From contig JAJDXE010000011.1 in assembly GCA_022825265.1 (NCBI GenBank), positions 90,204-154,203 on the forward strand: a DNA stretch of 64,000 bases, read 5' to 3'. Below the pieces are notes generated by a model. The model searched no databases. It had not been told where the DNA came from and was given only the letters and a program-made list of their open reading frames with translations. This stretch comes from Dehalococcoidia bacterium (GTDB taxonomy: Bacteria > Chloroflexota > Dehalococcoidia > Bin125). Below, one piece after another: positions 51,699 to 58,937 of the stretch (positions are counted from its first letter, which is position 1; each line of letters opens with the position of its first letter). Made by a program: the position numbers and the translations under genes.

Positions 51699-52549
51699 GC
51701 GGAGCGGATCGTGGCTTGCTCGGAGCCGATGCCGGCGAGGTGTCCGAGGTAGATCGGGACGAGCGGCAATACGCAGGGGCTGATGAAGCTGACGAATCCG
51801 CCGGCGAAGGCGATTGCGGCGGAGCCTGCGTTGAGGTCGAGCATCTGGGTGGAGGAGCCGTCTGAGCCGGCGAGGACATCGACTCCGAAGCTGCCGAGGG
51901 CCTCGTTGAGGACGACGACGCGGTCGAGCGCGATGAGCATGCCGACGAAGACGAGCAGCACGCCGGAGACGACTCCGATCAGCGGCATCCAGCGGTTGAG
52001 CTTGCGCAGGAACTGGGTTGAGGCTCCGAAGGTGGCACCGACGATCAGGAAGGGGATGCCGAGTCCGGCGGCGTAGCAGATGAGCAGGATGATGGCCTGA
52101 ATCAGCGAGGCCGAGTCGAGGGCGAGCACGAGGATGCCAGCGAGGATGGGTCCGACGCAGGGAGTCCAGCCGACGGAAAAGGCGACGCCAACGACGAGCG
52201 AGCGTCCGTAGTCGGCGGCCGCGCGAGCGCGAGACGTTTCTCCTGCCGGGGCGGCAGACGATGCGCCGCCGCCGGGTCCGCTGCTGGGTCCACCGACCTG
52301 GAAGCTGCGGTAGAGCAATGGGATGGTGATCACCTCGGCCAGGTGCAGACCCAGGATGACCAGTAGCACTCCGGCGACGCGCTGGAACCAGATCAGCTCT
52401 TCCTGGAAGGCAGAGCCGAGCGCACCCAGCAGTGCTCCCAAGGCGACGAAGACGACGCTGAATCCGAGAACGAACGAGGCCGAGTGGAGGAACACGACTC
52501 TGCGGGCTGTGTTCTGTCCGCCGCCTACGGTGCCGGTCGCAATCGCCAT
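51695..52549 (-). CDS. ccdA: Cytochrome c biogenesis protein CcdA, circularly permuted
   Basis: FVLGFSVVFVALG, GWTPCVGPIL, YAAGLGIPF; the AF.GG.VSFISPCVLPLVP.Y motif is at the C-terminus. Confidence 0.88.
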   Translation of the reverse strand: MAIATGTVGGGQNTARRVVFLHSASFVLGFSVVFVALGALLGALGSAFQEELIWFQRVAGVLLVILGLHLAEVITIPLLYRSFQVGGPSSGPGGGASSAAPAGETSRARAAADYGRSLVVGVAFSVGWTPCVGPILAGILVLALDSASLIQAIILLICYAAGLGIPFLIVGATFGASTQFLRKLNRWMPLIGVVSGVLLVFVGMLIALDRVVVLNEALGSFGVDVLAGSDGSSTQMLDLNAGSAAIAFAGGFVSFISPCVLPLVPIYLGHLAGIGSEQATIRSA

Positions 52550-52608
52550 GTGCTCAAGTGTAGGTCAACTCTGGGCACGATGAGGCTGCTCACGCATCTC
52601 GCGAGGGT

Positions 52609-53487
52609 TTAGTGTGACACGCCGGCGTCCTCCTCGGCTGAGAGCAAGGTGGCCATGACGGACTTCATCCCGTAGCCGCGGTTCCTGGCGCGGTTGAGCA
52701 TGTCGCTGGCGGCGGAGGCCATCGGCGATGGGATGCCCTGCTCGCGCGCGACCTGGACGGCGAGGGAGACGTCCTTGGCGGCCCACTGGAGGAAAAACGA
52801 GGCGTCGTCGAAGTCGCGCTCGAGGAGCGTGGGCATGTTGCGGACGTAGTTCTGGGCCGAGGCGACGCTCATCACCTCGTAGGCCTTGTGGGCGTCCAGG
52901 CCTGCAGCTTCGGCGATCACGGTGGCTTCGATCAGGAGCTGGATGGAGCTGATGCTGACCATGTTGTTGGTGATCTTGGTGAGCGCGCCCATGCCGAGCT
53001 CGCCCATGTGGAAGACGTTGTTTCCGATGCACTCGAGTACGGGCCTGTACTTCTCGAAGGCGGCCTCATCACCGCCGACCATGACGGCGAGGGTGGCGTC
53101 GATGGCACCCTGCACGCCGTTGGAGACGGGTGAGTCGAGGAAGGTGACGCCGTGTTCGGCGGCTCGCTCGGCGAGCAGCCTGACGGTCGAGGGCAGGTTG
53201 GTGGAGAGGTCGAAGCAGACGAGTCCTGGTTCTGCGCCTTCGAGGATGCCGTCGGCGCCGCGGAGGACGGCGGTGACTTCGGGCGGACCGGGCAAGGAGG
53301 TGAGGACGACCTCGGACTGTGCGGCGACCTGGGCGGGGGATTCGGCCCAGATTGCGCCGAGTTCGATCAGGTTGGCGGCGTGTTCCTCGACGAGGTCGTG
53401 GACGACGACTCGGTGTCCGCCCTTGAGCACATTCGCGCACATCGGGTTGCCGATCTTGCCTACGCCGATGAAACCCACGTCAGACAT
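52609..53487 (-). CDS. 3-hydroxyisobutyrate dehydrogenase-family NAD(P) oxidoreductase
   Basis: GFIGVGKIGNPM, FLDSPVSNG, LAVMVGG, KITNN, KD. Confidence 0.92.
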   Translation of the reverse strand: MSDVGFIGVGKIGNPMCANVLKGGHRVVVHDLVEEHAANLIELGAIWAESPAQVAAQSEVVLTSLPGPPEVTAVLRGADGILEGAEPGLVCFDLSTNLPSTVRLLAERAAEHGVTFLDSPVSNGVQGAIDATLAVMVGGDEAAFEKYRPVLECIGNNVFHMGELGMGALTKITNNMVSISSIQLLIEATVIAEAAGLDAHKAYEVMSVASAQNYVRNMPTLLERDFDDASFFLQWAAKDVSLAVQVAREQGIPSPMASAASDMLNRARNRGYGMKSVMATLLSAEEDAGVSH

Positions 53488-53568
53488 GTCCCACTCCTGA
53501 GTGATTGACCGAACGGAGAGTTGCTGAGGCGCAGGCTAAGGGCTGTTCGGGCATCGCTGAGGCGGCGG

Positions 53569-53755
53569 GTTCAGGTTTCAGCAAGAATTTTTTTCGGGCC
53601 GATCAGCGGGGCGTGTTGCACATGAAGTCCCGTGTTTTACTGGTGATCGTGGGTCTTGAGGCGACATAACGCTTTCAGCTTTTTTCAGGTTTTTTCGGGT
53701 TTCTTCAGTCGATCGTTGTTCGGGTTTGTTCGGATCTGTTCGATTTTGTTCGGAG
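53569..53755 (-). repeat. 10-bp-period repeat block of dispersed element 4
   Basis: TTTCAG/TTTCGG at 53673, 53683, 53693; TGTTCG at 53717, 53727, 53737, 53747; shares GAATTTTTTT and GTGTTTTAC with element 2. Confidence 0.8.
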
Positions 53756-54009
53756 TTGAACGGTCCATGTCCTGGTTTTTCGGCGCGAAATCGTGCGATG
53801 TTGGTGGTGTGTTCGATGCGGCGCGCCTGAGCATTGGGCTTCCGTTCAGCGACGCCTTCGTCGGGCGTCGGCGTCTTCTAAGGAACAGCGTACAGGCGTA
53901 CGGAATACACTGAGAGTCAAGTGGATTGCAGTACCGACGGCGCGGGTCAGACGGGTCGAACAGGTCGTGTGGAGGATTCGTAGTCGAGAGTCACGGGTAT
54001 CCTGCGTCG

Positions 54010-55236
54010 GTGAGTGAGCGAGAGCCAGCACCAGCACCACCAGCAGCAGCACCAGCAGCAGCGGGGCCGTTGGACGGCGTGCGTGTCGTTGAGCTGTCGG
54101 AGACTCCGGCGGGCGCGTACTGTGGTCGGCTGCTGGCCGGGTTCGGCGCGGCGGTGACGATGGTTGAGGGGGCTTGCGGCTCTGCGGTCAGGCGCCAGGG
54201 TCCGTTTCGCGAGGATGTGCCCGACATCGAGGGCGGGGCGACGCATTTGCATCTGAACCGGAGGAAGGGTTCGATTCGGTTGAATCTGGAAAGTGCGGCC
54301 GGTCGGCGACTGCTTGAGGGGATCTTGAGTGAAGCTGATGCGTTGGTCGTCGATGTTCCTCGGCGGCGATGGAATGACCTGGGGATCGACCCCAGTGGTG
54401 TTGGCGCTCGGCATCCGGGTTTGCAGGTCTGCACGATTACGCCTTATGGGACTGCGGGCCCGAAGTCGGAGTGGGTTGGTTCGGAGTTGACGCTCTATGC
54501 GGCGGGCGGGTACTTGCGGATCGGGGGCGAGCCGGATCGGGAGCCGGTCAAGGCGTGGGGCGAGCAGGGGCATATCCAGGCGGGGTTGCAGGCGGCGCTT
54601 GGGATTGTGTCGGCGTTGTATGCCGATCGTGGGGGGCAGCAAATCGATACGGCGATTTTCGAGGCAGTGGCGTTCCTGCTCGGCGGCGGGTATCAGCATG
54701 CGTGGTTCCGGGATCGTGAGCCGAAGCGCAATGGCGCCCGGCTGGTTGGGTTTGGTCCGGGGCATCTGTATCCGTCGACGATTCGTCCTTGTCTCGACGG
54801 CTGGGTCCATGCGCACTGCAACAATCGGTATCCCGAGGCGATGGCGGTGCTGTTCGAGGAGCCTCGGCTAGCGGAGGAGGAACTGGTTGGTTCGCTGATG
54901 GGTCGCGCGGACGAGGTTGACGAGCTGATGGCTCCGATGCTGATGCGGACGGCTCGGCGGGAGATCGTGAAGCAGGCGCAGGAGTTGCGGATTCCGTTTA
55001 CCGAGGTGCTGGCGCCGTCGGAGGTGATGGCGGATGCGGATGGGCATCACGCGTCGCGGGATTTCTGGCAGACGACGGCGCATCCGCGCGGCGGCGATTA
55101 CCTGGCGCCGGGCCCGGCGGTTCGATTTGGTCGGACGGCGTGGGTGGATGGCGTGGCGCCTCGGCTGGGAGCGGACAATGCGCATCTTGGGTCGGCGCAG
55201 GATCGGGTTCGCTGGAGGCGCGCCGGTGTTGCCTGA
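54010..55236 (+). CDS. Family III (CaiB/BaiF) CoA-transferase subunit lacking the catalytic Asp
   Basis: PLDGVRVVEL, LNRRKGSI.LNL, ITPYGTAGP; QGHIQAG at the Asp position; start GTG 54010 after TATCCT-N6. Confidence 0.88.
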   Translation: MSEREPAPAPPAAAPAAAGPLDGVRVVELSETPAGAYCGRLLAGFGAAVTMVEGACGSAVRRQGPFREDVPDIEGGATHLHLNRRKGSIRLNLESAAGRRLLEGILSEADALVVDVPRRRWNDLGIDPSGVGARHPGLQVCTITPYGTAGPKSEWVGSELTLYAAGGYLRIGGEPDREPVKAWGEQGHIQAGLQAALGIVSALYADRGGQQIDTAIFEAVAFLLGGGYQHAWFRDREPKRNGARLVGFGPGHLYPSTIRPCLDGWVHAHCNNRYPEAMAVLFEEPRLAEEELVGSLMGRADEVDELMAPMLMRTARREIVKQAQELRIPFTEVLAPSEVMADADGHHASRDFWQTTAHPRGGDYLAPGPAVRFGRTAWVDGVAPRLGADNAHLGSAQDRVRWRRAGVA

Positions 55237-56512
55237 GGCTCGGTTGGTTCCGTTTGCGGGGAGCGACTGTCGGCCGCTCGACGGTGTGCGGGTGCTCGAT
55301 ATGACGACGGCGGTGGCTGGGCCGGTGGCGACGACGCTGCTGGGCGCGTTGGGCGCTGAAGTGTTGCGGATCGAGACTCCGTGGGGGAAGCCGAGGCATC
55401 CGTCGTCGGCGCTGCCGTTGCAGGTCGAGGGTCCGGACGAACCGTGGAATCGGGAGCCTCGTCAGAATGAGCTGGCGCATAGCAAGCGCTCGGTTGCGTT
55501 GAATCTGACCATGGATGATGGCCGTGCGGTGTTTCTCGACCTGGTCGAACGATCGGACGTGGTGCTGGAGAATTACTCGCCTCGGGTGATGGGTAATTTT
55601 GGTCTGGAATGGGATGTGTTGAGCGGGCGGAATCCGCAGATCATCCATGTTTCGATGCCGGCGTTCGGCAAGTCGGGGCCGTGGCGCGACCGGATTTCCT
55701 ATGGGCCGGGGATCGATGCGATGAGCGGGATGTCTTGGCTGACGGGGTACGTGGATGGGTCGCCGTTGAAGCCGGGGAATTTCTACTGCGACCAGAATGC
55801 GGGGTTGACGGCTGCGCTGTCGACGGTTGGGGCCTTGATGGCTCGGGCGCGGGTTGGCGGGCAGACGGTCGAGCTGGCGATGCTGGAGGGTGAGCTGCAG
55901 TTGATCGGCGAGGCGATGGTCGGTCAGCAGCTTTCGGGTCGAGAGCCGACGCGGATGGGGAACGAACATTCGTCGGCGGCTCCGCATGGGGTGTATCCGG
56001 CGGCGCCGGTCCTGGGGGATGCGGACTCGTGGATTGCGATGGCGTGTCGCGATGATGCGGAGTGGGACGGGCTTCTGAGTGTTTGGTGTGATGATGTGGT
56101 GGCTGGCGATGGTCGATTTTCGACTGGGTTGCGTCGATGGCGGCATCGGGGCATTTTGGATGAAATGCTGGCTGAGTGGACCGCGAGTCTTGATCCGATT
56201 GAGCTGGCTGAGCGCTTGCAGGCTGCGGGAGTTCCCGCCTCTGCGGTGATGGGGGCTCGGACGTTGCTTCGCGACGAGCAGGTGCTGGCGCGCGGATCTG
56301 TGGGCGGCTTGATGCATCCTCAGGTTGGGTTGTCGCCGGCGCCGCAGGCGGCGTTTCGGTTGTCGCTGACTCCGGCACCTCCGAAGCATGCGGCTCCGCT
56401 GTTTGCCGCCGATACTGTTCCCGTGATGCGGGAGATATTGGGATACTCGGAGGAGCGAATCGCGGCGCTGCTTGCGTCTGGGGCGGCCAGCGATCGTTTG
56501 CAAGAGCGCTGA
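55226..56512 (+). CDS. Family III CoA-transferase, catalytic subunit
   Basis: PLDGVRVLDM...AGP, ENYSP, FGKSGP, YCDQNAG; GTG 55226 after GGAGG. Confidence 0.9.
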   Translation: MLPEARLVPFAGSDCRPLDGVRVLDMTTAVAGPVATTLLGALGAEVLRIETPWGKPRHPSSALPLQVEGPDEPWNREPRQNELAHSKRSVALNLTMDDGRAVFLDLVERSDVVLENYSPRVMGNFGLEWDVLSGRNPQIIHVSMPAFGKSGPWRDRISYGPGIDAMSGMSWLTGYVDGSPLKPGNFYCDQNAGLTAALSTVGALMARARVGGQTVELAMLEGELQLIGEAMVGQQLSGREPTRMGNEHSSAAPHGVYPAAPVLGDADSWIAMACRDDAEWDGLLSVWCDDVVAGDGRFSTGLRRWRHRGILDEMLAEWTASLDPIELAERLQAAGVPASAVMGARTLLRDEQVLARGSVGGLMHPQVGLSPAPQAAFRLSLTPAPPKHAAPLFAADTVPVMREILGYSEERIAALLASGAASDRLQER

Positions 56513-56531
56513 TGGCGACGATTGGGAGGTG

Positions 56532-56945
56532 ATGATGCCGATTCGGAAACCGTGGATTCAGCCGACGGCGGAGTCGATCCGTGCGATTCCGGCGGTGGTC
56601 GGCGTGTATGAGATCGCGGATGCGGAGGGCAACCTGCTGTACATCGGTCAGGCCGGGGGTCGAGAGCCGTTTGGGCTGCGGACTCGGATTGCGCTGCACT
56701 TTGGCTTTGATCCAGGTGGCGATGATCCGAATGCGGTCCTGCGCGAACGGGCGGCGCAGTTTCGCTGGGAGGCGAACCAGCAGTACACGACCAAGCGTCT
56801 GGAGATGCTGATGAAGTTCCAGCGCGACCACAGCGATGACGGGGGCACCGAGTGGCCGCCGGCGCATCCGGCGGGCGACTGGCGGGACACGCCACAGCTT
56901 GGTCGGCTTCGGCGCTCACGGCCGGTTGCGCGATCGAGCGGCTGA
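56532..56945 (+). CDS. Small GIY-YIG-like protein
   Basis: GVYEIAD..GNLLYIGQA...LRTRI..H; RBS GGGAGG. Confidence 0.7.
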   Translation: MMPIRKPWIQPTAESIRAIPAVVGVYEIADAEGNLLYIGQAGGREPFGLRTRIALHFGFDPGGDDPNAVLRERAAQFRWEANQQYTTKRLEMLMKFQRDHSDDGGTEWPPAHPAGDWRDTPQLGRLRRSRPVARSSG

Positions 56946-56957
56946 GGGAGGAATCTG

Positions 56958-58127
56958 ATGGACGTCTTGATGTCGGAAGAGCAGCGGATGATCACTCAGG
57001 CGGTGAAGCGGTTCGTGCGCGAAGAGGTGCAGCCGCTCGAACGCGATCTCGATCCGGATGCGGTCGAGTTGCCGCCGGGCGAGCTGGACCGGCTGAAGGG
57101 CATTGTCCAGCAGATGGGGTTGTATCACATCGATGTGCCGGAGGACTATGGCGGTCCGGGGCTGCCGCTGACGACGCGGGGACTGGTTGCTGAGGAGATG
57201 TCGCAGCATCGAGCGGGGCTGTACCTGCCTTGTTACGGGGCGTTTGGATCGGCCGGGTTGGCGCAGTTGTATGCGGCCTCGGATGACCAGAAACAGCGGT
57301 ATCTCTATCCGATGTTGGAGGGCGAGAAGCGGGCGTTCTTTGGATTGACCGAGCCGTCGGGCGGGTCAGATCCGGCGCGAGCGATTCAGACCAAGGCGGT
57401 CAAGGATGGCGACGACTGGATTCTGAACGGTTCGAAGCTGTTCAGCTCTGGCGCCGACCGAGCCGATTTTGGACTTGTGTTTGCTCGGACTGATCCATCG
57501 AAGGGGCGGCGCGGGATCTCGGCGTTCCTGGTCGATACGGACTCTCCGGGGTTTGAGGTTCGGCGGGTCGTGCACACGCTGCGCTCGGCGAACTATGGGA
57601 CCGAGCTGTCATTTGACGACGTGCGGGTTCCGGCGGCGAATCTTGTCGGAGAAGAGGGCGGCGGGTTCGCGCTGGCGAACAACAACCTGACTCGACAGCG
57701 GATTCCTTACTCGGCGACGTGTGTGGGGATTGCGGTGGCGGCTCAAGAGATGGCGATTTCTTACTCGCAGCAACGGGAGACGTTTGGCGCGGCGCTGGCA
57801 TCGCGGCAGGCGATCCAGTGGATGATCGTCGACAACGAGATCGATATCCGAACCGGACGGATGATGTATCTGGCTGCGGCGGAGAAGGCGGAGCAGGGCG
57901 ATCCGTTCCGGTTTGAGGCGGCGATGGCCAAGCTGACCACGACCGAAGGCGCGAGCCGAGTTGTGGACCGAGCGATCCAGATTCACGGCGGCATCGGCGT
58001 GACCAAGGATTTGCCGCTGGAGCGCTGGTATCGGGAGATGCGGATCCGCCGGATCGGCGAGGGTCCGTCGGAGGTGCAGCGGATCATCATGGCCCGCGAC
58101 CTGCTCGGTCGGGGGAGCAGCGGGTAG
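56958..58127 (+). CDS. Acyl-CoA dehydrogenase
   Basis: FGLTEPSGGSD, LNGSK, R.TFG, QIHGGIG, RIGEGPSEVQR. Confidence 0.95.
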   Translation: MDVLMSEEQRMITQAVKRFVREEVQPLERDLDPDAVELPPGELDRLKGIVQQMGLYHIDVPEDYGGPGLPLTTRGLVAEEMSQHRAGLYLPCYGAFGSAGLAQLYAASDDQKQRYLYPMLEGEKRAFFGLTEPSGGSDPARAIQTKAVKDGDDWILNGSKLFSSGADRADFGLVFARTDPSKGRRGISAFLVDTDSPGFEVRRVVHTLRSANYGTELSFDDVRVPAANLVGEEGGGFALANNNLTRQRIPYSATCVGIAVAAQEMAISYSQQRETFGAALASRQAIQWMIVDNEIDIRTGRMMYLAAAEKAEQGDPFRFEAAMAKLTTTEGASRVVDRAIQIHGGIGVTKDLPLERWYREMRIRRIGEGPSEVQRIIMARDLLGRGSSG

Positions 58128-58163
58128 TCTGCGCGGGTTGGCGGAACAGATGAGGAGTTTGCG

Positions 58164-58925
58164 ATGAGCGAGATCATTGAGGTTGCCATTGACGGAGCGG
58201 TGCGCACCGTCACGCTGAATCGACCGGAGAAGCGGAACGCGCTGAACAGCGAGATGCTGTCGGCGCTGCACTCGGCGTTCTCGGGTGAGCCGTCGTCGGA
58301 GGAGCGGGTCGCGGTGATCCGCGCGAACGGTCCGGTGTTCTGCGCGGGTCTCGACCTTCGTGAGCGTGAAGAGGGCTTGCCCGGCGGGGATGTCTCGATT
58401 GAGCAGATGCTCGACGCGATCCAGCACTGGCCGCTGCCGGTGGTCGCGGTCGTGCAGGGCGACGCGATTGCTGGCGGGAACGAGTTGGCCCTGCACTGCG
58501 ACTTTGTGGTCGCGAGCGTCGACGCGAAGTTCGGAATGTCGCTGGCTCAGATCGGCCTGGCGCCGTCGTGGTTCCTGGCCAAGAAGCTGCTTGAGGTTGC
58601 GGGACCAGTGGCGACTCGGGAGATCCTGCTGCTCGGCGATCGGATTCCGGCGTGGCGGATGCATGAGTGGGGCGTGATTGCTCGGGTGGCGAACTCGGAG
58701 GAGCTTGACGACGCGGCGGAGGCGGTGATCGATCGGCTGAGCAGGAATGCTCCGCTGAGCTTGCGGGCGATGAAGGCGCTGATCGTGCGCGAGATGGACT
58801 TCCGCGATCACATCCCGCACGGGGATGTCGACGAACTCGTCGCCGCCGCCAGGAACTCCAACGACGCCAAAGAGGGCATCCGAGCCCTCTTCGAGCGCCG
58901 CCCGCCGGCATTCGCCGGCGAGTAG
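58164..58925 (+). CDS. Enoyl-CoA hydratase/isomerase
   Basis: TLNRPEKRNALN, FCAGLDL, AIAGGNELALHCD. Confidence 0.93.
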   Translation: MSEIIEVAIDGAVRTVTLNRPEKRNALNSEMLSALHSAFSGEPSSEERVAVIRANGPVFCAGLDLREREEGLPGGDVSIEQMLDAIQHWPLPVVAVVQGDAIAGGNELALHCDFVVASVDAKFGMSLAQIGLAPSWFLAKKLLEVAGPVATREILLLGDRIPAWRMHEWGVIARVANSEELDDAAEAVIDRLSRNAPLSLRAMKALIVREMDFRDHIPHGDVDELVAAARNSNDAKEGIRALFERRPPAFAGE

Positions 58926-58937
58926 CCGAGCGGTTCG

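Noticed and set aside
17861-53755. Periodic repeats as CRISPR arrays
   Set aside because: Units are ~10 bp, contiguous and degenerate, with no 25-45 bp unique spacers and no cas genes.
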